From: Eledone cirrhosa
Taxonomy: Eukaryota
NCBI GenBank assembly: GCA_964016885.1
Contig: OZ024740.1
Location: 163,494,001-163,558,000 of the forward strand
Direction: 5' to 3'
DNA length: 64,000 nt
Shown: positions 25,432 through 39,284 of the stretch, one piece after another
Position numbering within the stretch: the first letter of the stretch is position 1
Layout of the letters: every line of letters starts with the position of its first letter
Notes under the pieces: model-generated
What the model saw: only the letters and a program-made list of their open reading frames with translations
Databases searched by the model: none
What the model was told of the DNA's origin: nothing
Made by a program: the position numbers and the translations under genes

Positions 25432-26645
25432 CACACGAGTTATATGTGATTAGCGGCTATAACATTTATGCATATTGCGCATGCACTTTCGGGCTTATAT
25501 CGCCACATGATCGGGCTGGGTCCAAGCCTCAAGAACGCTGTCCCATATAATACTATATGCACCATGTGCACAGCTGCGCGTGTCTGTACGGATGGGAGGG
25601 TATTCATTAAGTATGCGCCCTCGATATGAGCATGCGCGGTACATGTATGTATGTGCGTCCACGCAAATATGCATGCGCACGTGTTTGCATATGTCTGGGT
25701 GGATGTAATTGTATGAATATGTCTGTGTGGGGGTATGAATGCCTATGAGTAGATCTTTCTTTTTTTCATCTATGTATATATGTTCAGCGTCTCAACTGTA
25801 CACGCTTCCCTTAGTACAGTGTGTGAATGTAGATATGTGTATATTTATCAAAAATGACTTCGAAAAAATTTTTTTTGAAACGCTGTTCCAAGCATTCATT
25901 TAAAAACGTTCTTTGTACAGAGTTTTTTTTTTCTTTTTGAAATATGTATGTTTTAAGGTATTCTAAGGCTGTGTTCTTGAAACGTTATTTTTCTAATATT
26001 TTTCTAATATTTTTCTAATATTTTTCTAATTTGATTTAAAAATTCCCTCCAACCATTATTTACGGTGATCGTAGCATACAATACAGTTGCGGGTGTGTAC
26101 GCGATCGGTGTAGGAGAGGGCGCCTAAAGACAGTGAAGACGTTGAAGTGCCGCCAGTGGTTTAAGCATACAACCCCTTACCTCTACAGTAGTAATTCCGA
26201 CCTAAGAAACAAATTTGATTGACAGGTGGAGAATGAAAAGAAACAAATAGTGGACAACCATGAGTGGCTAGAAATACCGATGACGTGTACAATTCTTGAA
26301 CACTCATAGAATGACAACAACAGGATCTAAGCCGATAGGTGGAGTATATCGATGTAAAAGGACATAGGAAAATCTGCCTCGTAGAATCAAGATGTATCTG
26401 AGGACCTTGAGATTTTCAGAGTCAGGTTCGATCATCACATCGATCGTGCCTCGAGCTGGTCGCCAGAGAAACGATTGTAATATGTCCAATAAATTCCATT
26501 CGTCGCAACACTGATTCTCTTTTTTCTGTGATATCATACTCTGCTCTATGAGAGCATCGAGTGCTCATAAGGCCTACCGCATACGGACGCTTTAAGCATC
26601 CAACACCAATTATATATATATATATTTATATTTATATATATATAT

Positions 26646-26738
<93 letters not shown>

Positions 26739-26772
26739 AAAGAATAGAGGTGTAACACACAAGTTATTATAT

Positions 26773-26989
26773 ATTGGTAAACGGAATAGAAAATGGTGAC
26801 AAATTGTTCACAGTTGAAAAATAGTTTAATTAGGAATAAAAGAGTATTAGTCATTGTATTGGTTAGTATTCAGTTGTGGTTTTAAAACCACAACTGAATA
26901 CTAACCAATACAATTACTAATACTCTTTTATTCCTAATTAAACTATTTTTCAACTGTGAACAATTTGTCAGCATTTTCTATTCCGTTTA

Positions 26990-26994
<5 letters not shown>
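26773..26994. repeat. Spacerless palindrome, ~111-bp arms, ~2 mismatches, within (TA)n
   Basis: Centre GTGGTTTT|AAAACCAC at 26883/26884. Confidence 0.95.
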
Positions 26995-27061
<67 letters not shown>

Positions 27062-27211
27062 GTAGGAGGTGAGTTTTATTGTAGTACAATAAAGCAATGC
27101 AGATATCGGATAAGAAGCACTCTACAGTTTGTAGGACTGGAGTATACATAATATATAAGAACAAAAGATGCGCATAATAAAATACATGGAACTCCTTTAA
27201 CCATCTTTTTG

Positions 27212-27263
<52 letters not shown>

Positions 27264-27761
27264 GTATACATATACATTTATATATGTATATGAATATATA
27301 TGTATGTGTATATAATAGATTGATAGATATATAGAAAGATAGCTAGACAAATGAATATCGTAAAACGTCGGACAAAATGCCTTGAGATATTTGCTATTTG
27401 GTTTTAGATATTAAATTCGAATTGCGCTCAGACCTGCTCTGCCTATTTGCCCTCCAATCATCCATAAAATAAGTGCTAGAAAGAGTTATGATAGTCGATA
27501 GAATTGTCTAAATCCTTTGACGGTGGTGCCCAAACATGGCCGCAGTTCAATGACGGAAACCGATAAAAGAAAAGAATATTTGTGCGTGTAAATTTCATAA
27601 GCATTTACATACAAGATAAAAGGTTGTATCCATGTAAACTCGATGGTCATGCCGAAATTTTATATGTATTAAATATCTACGTTCTACTATTTTTAAAGTA
27701 TAGAGTACTAATTTGAAAATAGTTGCCATTTAACTAGGAGCATCATATCCATATGTAAACA

Positions 27762-28072
27762 GGTTAGCTTTGCCTTTCATCCTTACGGGGTTGAAAAATA
27801 AAGAACTAGTAACGAACTGGGGTCGATTTAATCGACTTTTCCCCTCCCCCAAATTGGTGGCCTTGTGCCTATAGTAGAAATAATTGTTTCTACTTTTGGC
27901 ACAAAGCCAGCAATTATCCCAGTGTATTACTGGTACTTTATTTTATCGACCCCCGTAAGGATGAAAGGCAAAGTTAACCTCGGCAGGATTTGAACTCAGA
28001 ATGGCAAGGGCCGTAACTCTATGCGTCAAAGCATGGCGTCCGAGCCTCTACCGATACTGCCAATCCACCGGC
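27762..28072. mobile_element. Tail-to-tail inverted pair of family A SINEs
   Basis: Plus-strand partial copy 27762-27884; minus-strand copy 27885-28072 flanked by 12-bp TSD AGTAGAAATAAT (27873-27884, 28073-28084). Confidence 0.85.
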
Positions 28073-28118
28073 AGTAGAAATAATATATATATATATTGAG
28101 ACTAGTAAAATGAGGTAT

Positions 28119-28204
28119 CCTCTTGATAAGTCGGCAGACCTCGCAAGGACTCTATGTCTTTGATATATTGTTTTTGTTTATGCCACGAAACTACGTAGTC
28201 GAGG
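28119..28204 (+). ncRNA. Degenerate hammerhead-like motif
   Basis: CCUC-UUGAUAA-GUcGGCA...UGCCAC-GAAA-CUACGUAG-UC-GAGG; palindromic helix III, two core substitutions. Confidence 0.55.
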
Positions 28205-28271
28205 AATTTAGGAACAGTTTAGGTATGATACATTTTATTACTAATTATATCTAAATGTTTCTTCTCTCTTC

Positions 28272-29080
<809 letters not shown>

Positions 29081-29289
29081 TATATATATATAAAGGTTTA
29101 CATATACATAAAGTCATAGATATATATGTGTTTTGTAACAGGTCACGCGAAGGGGCTGCTTTCGGTTATTGATTTTTTATTCTAATTGATTTTTTGTATG
29201 TTTAATTTTGCTAATTGGGAGAGGAAATGGTATATATTATATCTAGTGATGCTAAAGACATGTTTTATGATATATATATATATATATAT

Positions 29290-29425
<136 letters not shown>

Positions 29426-29448
29426 ATGTATGTATGTATGTATGTATG

Positions 29449-30205
29449 TCGTTTCCATCAGATGTGTCTCAGACGGATCCATGGCGTTCACTGGAGGGAC
29501 CACATCAGTGATGTCGAGATTTTGGAAAACTCTATGTGTGACAGTATAGAAGCTCTTGTGCTTAAGCAACGACTCCGTTGAAGTGGTCACCTTGCCAGGA
29601 TGAAGGATTCTAGAATACCAAAACAACTCTTTTATGGAGAGTTGGTTAAAGGAAAACGACCGCCACATAAACCAAAAAAGAGGTATAAGGATTCCTTGAA
29701 AGCCTCTCTGAAAGACGCTAACATCTCTGCTGATACATGGGAGAATATTGCTGCTGATCGTAATAAATGGAGAAAGACTGTATATGAGGGAAAAGTTGCC
29801 TTTGAGGCATCTCGAATCGCATACGAGAAAGTAAAGCGGGATGTGAAGAAGGGCATTGCTGTTGCACTTCCAGACGGCGAGGGTCCTCCTATGGTGCTGA
29901 CATGCAGCATCTGTGCGAGACTCTGCCTAAGCAAAGCTGGACTCGAAAGTCATCTTCGCAGTCATAAAGAAAGACCAGTGGTTGACTACCAGGCTGCTGT
30001 TGGAGATGCTACTCATCATGCTTGCCAAACATGTGGTAGAGAATGTAAATCAGCAGGAGGGCTCAAGCGACATGCAAAAGTACATGAACTCCAACCACAG
30101 CCGGCTATTCCCAGTGAATGTTTTGGCTGCCGACTCTGTGCAAGACATTTTAGATCATTGGCTGGGCTAAAAATCCACATTCGATCGCAGCGCTGTTAGT
30201 TGCTA

Positions 30206-30242
<37 letters not shown>

Positions 30243-30406
30243 GATATGTTTATGTGTGTGCATGTGTGTGTATATATATATGTATATGTATATTATTATT
30301 GTTGTTGTTGTCGTTATTATTATTGTTGTTATTATTATTATTATTATTGTTATTAATGTATATGTGTGTGTGTATATATATATATGTGTGTATATATGTA
30401 TATGTA

Positions 30407-30441
<35 letters not shown>

Positions 30442-30535
30442 TTCTTTTTTTTTTCTTTTCTTTTTTATTTATTTATTAATTTTTTTTTCTCCTCGTGCAA
30501 TGGCCATACTCGATAACGAGGGGGCAGCCATCATG
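29449..30535 (+). mobile_element. 5'-truncated RTE LINE 3' end with three C2H2 zinc fingers
   Basis: RFHQMCLRRI..W.DHIS..EIL, RLR*SGHLARM.DSRIPKQLFYGEL..GKR..KPKKRYKD (RTE thumb region); CSIC..HLRSH, CQTC..HAKVH, CRLC..HIRSQ; probable terminus GGCCATACTCGATAACGAGGGGGCAGCCATCAT. Confidence 0.85.
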
Positions 30536-30568
<33 letters not shown>

Positions 30569-30615
30569 GAAAGACGTAAAATAAGAAAATTATAAAAATT
30601 AACTTACTTACTAAA

Positions 30616-30665
<50 letters not shown>

Positions 30666-31115
30666 GCGTGTGCGTGTAGTCTAGCATACTTAATGTGCTG
30701 AGCCACAAAATAATAAGTGTTCAGTGAATTAAAATTACATCCGTAATGAAAAGCTAAGTCTAAGAGTTAGTGATGATTCTTGTCATGTGTACATAATTAC
30801 ATACAGGTATCCATACGTCCATAAAATCTCGTCTTGAGATTTACTTTGCGGTAGGTATTGTTGTGGATTTAACGAAGGAGCTTCTACTTCAGTGGCTCTC
30901 AATATTTCTGATTTCGTGATGCACTGAAGATCAATTAAATCAATTACTTCCGCATATTGTAGGGAAAGCTAGAAGAAAGTTTTGTTTTAAATCTTTAAGG
31001 CTCTGCCTATGATTTTTCAAATCAGTTTGAAAATAATCAAGAATTTAGGAAGATTCAGTAATGTAATGAATCATTTTATTAGACTAGTGTTTGGAACATA
31101 ATAAAGATAATAAAT

Positions 31116-31315
31116 TCTTCTTCTTCTTCTTCTTCTTCTTCTTCTTCTTCTTCTTCTTCTTCTTCTTCTTCTTCTTCTTCTTCTTCTTCTCCCTCAAACA
31201 CTCCTTCCAGCGGGTCATGTCTGAAACAATCGTCTCCAACTGATCCGGTTAGATCCCCAAGCGTGACAAGCCAAGCTCATAGATGTTATCCAACCATCTT
31301 TGTTCTGGGTCAACC
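31116..31315 (-). mobile_element. RTE 3'-end fragment with long (GAA)n tail
   Basis: (TTC)~25 followed by sequence whose reverse complement encodes PEQRWLDNIYELGLSRLG..ETIVSD. Confidence 0.65.
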
Positions 31316-31672
31316 TATAATAAATGAATAGATTATATTTAGATAAATATAAGCACTTTAAAATGATCAGCTTTATAACATAGTACCAGCTGTGATTTCT
31401 GACTCTTTAGTATCAAAAGGGTTGAAGTAATTTTTAAAACTACTGTTTATCTTGTTTAATTAATTATACTTGTGTCCGCCAACATCATGAATAAAACATG
31501 TTTTTCAAGATACACAAGTATTAGTTTGGATTTCATAAAGACTTAAATTATATTTTTAATAATCCACCGCACACCTTGTTCCATTTAAGAACTTTATTTC
31601 TATACGATCGCTCAACCTGCTAGGAGTAATAGCAAAATTTCCCTCACATTACACCCACCTTAAATATAGAAG

Positions 31673-31866
31673 CAGACCAGCCAACCTCTAAAAACCCAAA
31701 CGGGGAGTACCATGAAAAAAAGTGCCCCAAAACGGGGAGAAATTAAGCAAAATGGGGAGATTTTACATAATGAAAGCTATACCCATTTTCACAAGAGAAG
31801 ACATCTCTCACCTATTCCAAAGTGGGTGGGAGATCTCCCCGTCGGACGGGAGAGTTGACAGGTCTG
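31673..31866. mobile_element. MITE
   Basis: TIRs CAGACCAGCCAAC / GTTGACAGGTCTG, repeated (C/G)GGGAG subterminal motifs, flanking duplication TAGAAG; splits an older repeat. Confidence 0.65.
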
Positions 31867-32080
31867 TAGAAGGATACTCTGGAGAATTTAGTCAATGATA
31901 TAGAAAAAGATATGACAGTTAGGTTTGGAACAGCCCTTAGATATTTCTTTTTCGCCAGCCATTCCCCATACCACCTCAAAATTTTCGGTCTTGCATCCTG
32001 CACCGCACCCACGGACTCGCGCCGCAAGAGGGAGCATCAGCATTTTTTTCTACAGACTCCTAACCCTTATGGCCTGAATG

Positions 32081-32378
32081 CTCCACCCCTTTTCCTTTGT
32101 ATGCTCTCCCCACTGCACCCCACACAAACCGCACCCCACACCCACGTGTCATCTACGGGCACTCACACGTGCAAGCATCATCTCTGAACCACACGGAAAT
32201 ATTCAAATACACACTTGGGTACATTACACATACAATTCTCCACCCCTCTTCCTCCGATCTGCTCTCCCATCGCACCCCACTCCCACGCCCCATCTACGTA
32301 CACACCGATACCAGTGCACCGTCCCTGAAACACACGGAAATATTCACACACACACACTTGGATACATTACACATACAA
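32081..32378. repeat. Degenerate tandem duplication, ~150-bp unit
   Basis: CTCCACCCCT..TGCTCTCCC..CACACGGAAATATTCA..CACACTTGG(G/A)TACATTACACATACAA occurs twice. Confidence 0.75.
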
Positions 32379-32413
32379 AATAAAACTTTAATACACTTGC
32401 TTATAAAAACACA

Positions 32414-32779
32414 TACTCTCGGGTCCCAGATAATAGGGAAGGGGTGGAATAAGCGGGCGGTGGACATTCGCTTTAATTCTTATAAGCGTGGTGGTGGGGG
32501 GGGGGAATAATTGGGGGGGGGGTGTATAGGGCACGTTCGTAAATATGGGATTTCTTGTAATGTTCTCTTTTTGTCATATATAATGTCATTTTTTTTAAAT
32601 ATAAAATAAAATTATTAGATTCTCCACCTGTTGTATCAATATGAATCACTTACAATAAAATTTTGCCGGATATCGATTAGCAAGACTTAATAAGCAGTGA
32701 GGTTGGAATAAAAGAGGAGGTGGACAAAATCTGAAAAATTAATAAGCTGAGGGGGACGATTATTCAAGAGATGAGTGTA
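32414..32779. mobile_element. Old MITE with TA-flanked ends
   Basis: TACTCTCGGGTCCCAGATAAT ... ATTATTCAAGAGATGAGTGTA imperfect TIRs; internal AATAAG repeats. Confidence 0.45.
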
Positions 32780-32869
32780 GATGCATACTCACACAGTACG
32801 TAAATTGTTGCATTACCATGTTATAACGATCGTTGTATGTTTATTTTCACTTTCACTCCAGTTATTTAA

Positions 32870-33115
32870 TCTTTTGGAACTAAGATAATTAAATAAAGTA
32901 AAGGAATTTGGCAAATATTAATTTCGCCTGTTTAACAAAAACATGTCTCTTTGGTTAATCATAATAAAGAGTTGAGTCTGCTCGGTGATATTTTTAACAG
33001 CTGCGGTATTAAAACTGTGCTAAGGTAGCAAAATAATTTGCCTTATAAATTAAGGCTAGAATGAATGGTTTGACGCAAGTTATTGTCTCTATTATGATTA
33101 TTCTTATAACTTTAT
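32870..33115 (+). pseudogene. rrnL: NUMT: mitochondrial 16S rRNA fragment
   Basis: CGCCTGTTTAACAAAAACAT (one mismatch to the universal 16Sar primer) followed by CTGCTCGGTGA, AACAGCTGCGGTATT, CTAAGGTAGCA and AGAATGAATGGTTTGACG, conserved metazoan mt-16S blocks in mollusc-like form. Confidence 0.92.
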
Positions 33116-33232
33116 TTTATACACACAATGAACAATCATGCTGATACACGCAGGCATGCATACACACCATCACCAACTATGTACCGCTCCAACGGCATAT
33201 ATGCACATACACACACAATCTGATGATACAAC

Positions 33233-33470
33233 CAGGGGCCTCGTTTGCCTTTAAATGTTAGTATTGCTTATGGTGCCTTTCCCGAACCCTATCACATAAG
33301 TAAAATTTTACGCTAATTAAATTTTATATATTCAAATGAAATTCAGATATAAAAAAAAAATAAGCTTAAAAAGAATTTATTATATCAAATGAACAAAAAA
33401 TAATATATAGACGTTTGAAAAGGGGGGGGGGGGACTTATCCCCTGGTACCCTCCTGAAACAAGGCCCTTA
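33233..33470. mobile_element. hAT-type MITE with 8-bp TSD
   Basis: GATACAAC at 33225-33232 and 33471-33478; imperfect TIRs CAGGGGCCTCGTTT / AAACAAGGCCCTTA. Confidence 0.8.
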
Positions 33471-33559
33471 GATACAACACACACACACACTCACATGTTC
33501 ATCTTTTTATCCTCTTTTATCTGTAAAGCCCATCTTTGTTTTACTTCTACTCTCTAAAC

Positions 33560-35781
33560 CAGGGCTTCCCAACCTTTTTTCACTATGGACCCTCAAGCAT
33601 AATCCTTTTTCGCTATGGACCCCCCAAGAGCATTCAAAACTTAGGACATTAATTCAACAAACAAAATTTATTCGTAATGATCAAAGAGTCCTACAGACAC
33701 GCGTTTTTAGTGAGAGCCTTGTGGCTGTTTATTACTTACGAGAGCAGAAATCCGTGGTTGTAGGTCACTCAGACGGAGCCTCATTTCTGGATTATCGTTC
33801 AAGTGCAAGCTCCTTCGTTGCTTCGTGAATGAATGAAGTAAAAGCGAAAAGCCCTTCTCCACCAAATTGGACGTTGGTAGATTAATTATAAATGGTTCCA
33901 CCTTTTCATACAAGGTTTGATATTTGATCGAGCTTTGCAGCCACGCTTTGACCCACTTTTCTCAGAGGCCTGAATCAAGCTCTCGTCAGCAATGGCCTCG
34001 CACAGCTCAATCTGGACGCATTCAGGTTGATTCATGACATCCTCCATTGTCATGGTATGAAGTAAATCGACAAAAGGTGGTATGCTCAACTGTAGAAGAT
34101 CCTCAAAACGAGTTTGAAAGTTATCATGCAAGAAAGACAAATGATCCTCAATAATTGTTTGTAACTCACTATCAATTTCCTTGACATCCAAACTAGAAAA
34201 ATGACAGAAGTCATGCGTCATGGCTTTCATTTTCCAAATCACCAATTTGTTCATGAATGCCTTTATAACTTGTTTAGCACGTACGATGTTCATATCCTGG
34301 TTTTGCATGGATAAATTCAATTCATTGAGTTTCCGAAATATCTCTCCCAAGTACAATATAACAATCTTGTTATCAATAAATGAATTCCTCAGAACAGTGT
34401 CTCTGTTCTTCAAAAATTCCAAAACTTTGTCAAACAGTACGACAAATCTCGTGAGACAGTTACTCATTGAAAGCCAACGTACGTCTGTGGAATAAACCAG
34501 CTGATGAAAATGTTTGTCACGACAAGCATCCTGGAAAGGCCTGTGTTGAAGGGCTCGTGTTCTTATTTTGTTGACGGATGAAACAACCGTTTGAAGAATG
34601 GCCATAAGATCACGGTTACCAATATTTTTTTGCAACCAAATTTTCACGATGTAAAACTCAATAGTAAACAATGAATAGTAAACACGCTTCTATCTTCAAT
34701 TAATCTGCACACAAATCCTTTTCTTTTGCCGATCATTGACGGCGCACCATCTGTGCAAATGGAGATCATGTTATCCATGCTAATATCATTTGTCTTTAAA
34801 AAGCCGGTGACAGCGTTGCACACTTGTTCTCCTTTAGTGTTGATGAGAGTTTTCATAAAGAGCATCTCCTCACATATTCTGGAATCTTTGATGTAGCGGA
34901 CAAAAGCAAGGAGCACAGACTGATTTGCAAAGGTACTTTCATCAACAGTTAATGAAAATTTGGCGTGTCGCAGGTCTTGAATAAGGATGGACTTGACATC
35001 ATCTGCTAAATCAGTTATTCGCGATGAAATGGTATTGTTGGATAAAGGTATGCTCTTGAGAACAGACTCTGGATTAGAAATATTAGCCACTTTATATGCT
35101 TCCATGATTGCAGGTTTGATGAGGTCCTGAGCAATTGTATGCGGTCGACCTTGTTTGACAATCAAAAGCGCAATATTGTACGACGCGGTGAGTCCAGAAG
35201 CGCTATTGCTCTAGATGAGGAATCCTTTCAATTTTGATGAGGAAGAACGGGCACTGTCACTGAGCGCTTCGAAGTATTCTTTAGGTTTGTTGACCAATGA
35301 GGGATGAGACTTATTGAGGTGTAAAGAGTAAAGAAAGTTTGGCGGGTTTCATTGATGAATTCGTCAGTTGTGTCAAACAAATAAGACACTGTGGTAGTAA
35401 TGGATTATTCTTGCTGCTAATAAATCCATATTGGATATAAGAGGGATCATACTGCCTACATTTCTTCTTGCTTTTGCTCATATTTAATTGTTATGGGAAG
35501 AAACCTAAAATAGAAAAATGCAATTAAAAAGCTTTACAATTCAAATTCCAGAAATGAAGACGTTTCTTCTTGATGCTTGAAAACGTATGTACCGTACTTA
35601 AAACGATTTAATTGAAAAGGAAAGAAAATAATTGAAAATATTAAGAAAAGTGCAATAACTTTTACTAAATCAACTCATTTATTATACATTTAATTGTGTA
35701 CATTCCATTATGTACATTTAATTCAGCATTTTTCTGTGGACCCCCCTGTAATCGCGCCATGGACCCCGTTGGGAAGCCCTG
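33560..35781 (-). mobile_element. Full-length Buster/Charlie-type hAT transposon (2222 bp)
   Basis: Perfect 14-bp TIRs CAGGGCTTCCCAAC / GTTGGGAAGCCCTG; 8-bp TSD CTCTAAAC (nnnTAnnn Buster consensus) at 33552-33559 and 35782-35789. Confidence 0.96.
33707..35481 (-). pseudogene. hAT (Buster/ZBED8-like) transposase, frameshifted
   Basis: MSKSKKKCRQYDPSYIQYGF..PQCLIC (BED finger), FSLTVDEST, CTDGAPSMIG, IHC, DVRWLS, PTSNLVEKGFS, C-terminal QPQGSH; split across ORFs 34644-35165, 33886-34671 and 33707-33913. Confidence 0.92.
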
Positions 35782-35916
35782 CTCTAAACTTTATCTTTGT
35801 ATTTCTCAACTCCTAATGAAGGACTAACTTCCGATACGTTGAACTTCCCTTTTTCCTTTTGAAGCGTGAACCTAATAAAATTATTTTTGTTGTATCGCTA
35901 CGTCTTTTTTTAAACT

Positions 35917-36001
<85 letters not shown>

Positions 36002-36218
36002 AAATCTTTATCCTGCCCGTCTTGTTTGCTTTTTGTTTGTTTGTTTTTTCATTCACTATATATGCGCGCGTGTGTGTTGCGTGTCTGTGCGTGCGTGAGC
36101 GAACGTGTATATGTGCGTATTATATAAAATATAAGACGTATATATCATATATTAATATATACATACACATATACACACACGCACGCGTACACACACACAC
36201 ACACCCACACACACACAG

Positions 36219-36259
<41 letters not shown>

Positions 36260-36260
36260 C

Positions 36261-36390
36261 AGAAATAGCCGTTGAAACGGCTTGAGCTCTGCCGTCGGGG
36301 TCATACTTGTTCCTATTACCCACTCTACTACCCTAAGTATTGAGTACGTTGGTGCGTTATGGTCCATCTGGTTCCTTACCACAATTCCTT

Positions 36391-36395
<5 letters not shown>
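36261..36395 (+). mobile_element. PLE-LTR remnant (11423 family)
   Basis: AGAAATAGCCGTTGAAACGGCTTGAGCTCTGCCGTCGGGG...AGTATTGAGTAC...GGTTCCTTACCAC, between (TA)n tracts. Confidence 0.75.
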
Positions 36396-36439
<44 letters not shown>

Positions 36440-39027
36440 AATAAAAATGTGCATACATATTTGCATGTAATTATTCATGCATCCATTCATTACATAGTTA
36501 TATAAATTCATTTCATACTTGCATATACATGAACATCCGAAACAGACAAAAGAAAAAAAAAATCTGGCTGGCTGTATTAAATTAAAAACTCGCTCGGCAA
36601 TATTTTTTCTATTCTAATCGTTAGTATGTCTGGGAAGATATTCTCAGATTGTATCAAGACAACTACACGGAATGTTATATAATAGTATCAGATTTATTTC
36701 AGAACCAGCTTGCTAACATTAACATTATCAACTTAGTACATTCTCAAGCTGACGACAACTGAGTGGTAGCAGTACGCATTTTTCCCTGCCAGTGGGTGCA
36801 AGCAAAATTATCTTAGTTTTATTGTTTCTGGGTAATTTTAGTGAAAGAAGAAAAAATATTCTCGGTTATTTTAGGCTTGTGGCTGGGAATTTAGCAAGTA
36901 AGCTAAATATGTGTACACAATACATTTGTAGATCCAATAAGATATGTTTCAATGTGAAATATCAAATAATACATTGTAATATTGATTTCTTACGTTGAGA
37001 GAATGCTTCTCGTTTATATGACATTCATACCTTTCTCAAGGGCATTGCATTGGCAATATTAGAAGAGTGAAGAAATGTACTGACTACCATCCAAATATTG
37101 AAAATGAGTCGTAGAATCAGCTGAACCTAGAATTTATATTTAATTTGTCTTTCAATTACTCGTGTACCTTGCGCTGCAGTACGGTAGCTCGCTCTAGAGT
37201 AGCATAGTTTGCAGTGGTTGAACTATCTATATCACTTACTGTTAAGTAATTCGTGTCACTTGCTTCTCATAACAACGAACAACAGTTCCCTTGCGTGGTC
37301 GCTCGATTTGCTTGAATTAGAAGCCAGTTTTTCACATTATACTCTACTTTCTTACATAAAGGACAAATAGAACACTGAAGTCTCTGATATACAAATATAC
37401 TGGGTAGTCATGGCTAGAATACTTTTAATCACAAATCTATTCGTCAGGTATGAGTTGGGGCTAAACTGCAACAGAACTTGCTTCTTATCCCTTTAACTCA
37501 AGTTGAGACGTTTAATATTTATTACACGTATTATTTGCTTCACATCCTTTAAAATATCGTACAAGCGAAACTGAAACCCCAGTCTCCATCAACACAACAG
37601 CACTTCCTTTGTTGTGCTTATTTCTTACATGGACTTGGATTTATGAAAACCAAGTTTGTCTGAGAAGCATTGAGAAGCATTAATGTTGTATTAGAAAAAC
37701 AGTTGCCGCCTGGAATTGAAATTACCTGAGGTTATATACCCCGGTGCAACAACACTCGCAAAAGGGAGATCGCGCTAATACAACAGCCTCTACAAGGACA
37801 ATAGACATACTAGAAATAGCAACCAAATTCATCCAAATGACACATTGTATAATGTTCGATAGACTATTCTCTAATGTATAATGTCCAAATGACACATTGT
37901 ATAATGTTCGATAGACTATTCTCGAGGAAAACAATAACGGTATGGTGATAGCTTTGACAGGTATTTCATGTTGTTATACCAGAGCTAACCTGGCTCTCAA
38001 CAAAATTCTGTCAATCGAAAAATAATGGTTACTGTTCTCTTATCAGTTTATTTTTCATTTTATTTATTTATTTGTTTTGTTTTGTTTTATTTTATTTTAT
38101 TTATTTTATATAGTTATTTATTTCTTTTAATCGCAAGTATATATTTTTTCGTGCTATATTTTTGTGAAGCCTAAACAATTAGAATTGTTATTTTATATTC
38201 AGTTTTGATATATATAACCAGCTTTACCCAACTCAGCGATGAAATAATCATTCCTAGTTATATGAATATAATGTCTAAACTCGCAGATGTTATACTCTAC
38301 ATAGTATCATATCATTAATGCAATAGGTAGTGACATTTCTAAAGAAACATTTACTTATGATTTGTCGTCGAGATTTCAACAAGATCCTTATATAATTTAG
38401 TTTAATGTTGGCGTTATTGATGATGATGTTTTACCCTAGTCGACCTTGATTTCACTAACCTATGATGAAATCGGTGACCATTGCGTCTTTTTAAAATTTT
38501 CCAGAGCCAAAGCAGGCTGTCTTTAGCCCGGCAGATATTACAGTAAAAGCTTTTAATTTCAACTTTGCTGTGTATGTACCTAAAAAGCATTGAGCTCATT
38601 GGCATGTTTTATGTGTTCATTCCTTGCGACTATCCTTTTGAAATGTTTTCCACTCATATATATAGCTATGTATTTAAGGAAGCTCATGTGTTCTTTGGTT
38701 GGAATCATTTCACAGTGCAAAATCATTTTCTATTAACTAATCTCTTTGCAAGGAAAAAAGGTTTTGAATGCATGTGGATGTTACCTCCTCCTCTTAGTGA
38801 AATGACTAAAAAACAACCTATTTCCTTCGCTTCTCTGCAATTATGTTTAATGTTTAATCTAATTTCAGATTCTGCATTTAATCTTTCTATTTTTGTAGGC
38901 AGCTGTTTCTACATTTCAAGTAATTTTCGACTAAACTCATACATGTTTTCCTCCTGTAAAAAAAATTCCAATTCTCCCTTTTCTAAAAGCTCATCTATCC
39001 TTCTATGTATTGCATCTTTCATTCGAT

Positions 39028-39061
39028 CTTCCGATGAAGGACTAATATCCGAAAAGTTAAG
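39028..39061 (+). ncRNA. Minimal hammerhead-like motif (related degenerate copies at ~35812 and ~39372-39410)
   Basis: CUU-CCGAUGA-aGGA cuaaua UCC-GAAA-AGUU-AAG; the 39400 copy shows GAAACGUU (palindromic helix III). Confidence 0.55.
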
Positions 39062-39180
39062 TTGTTTTCCTGCTGAATCAAGGGTTAAACTTATATACTA
39101 TCATTGTATTGTATTGCTCACCTGCGCTGTTTTCCTCGATAATTTTCTGCATACGCAGAATCGCACACACACACACTCAC

Positions 39181-39284
<104 letters not shown>

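Noticed and set aside
26040-26600. Higher-complexity segment that might be a gene or LTR
   Set aside because: No sustained ORF, TG..CA pair, PBS or second copy was seen.
29600-30199. Host C2H2 zinc-finger gene
   Set aside because: In frame with RTE thumb motifs, lacks TGEKP linkers and is followed by an RTE-like 3' end.
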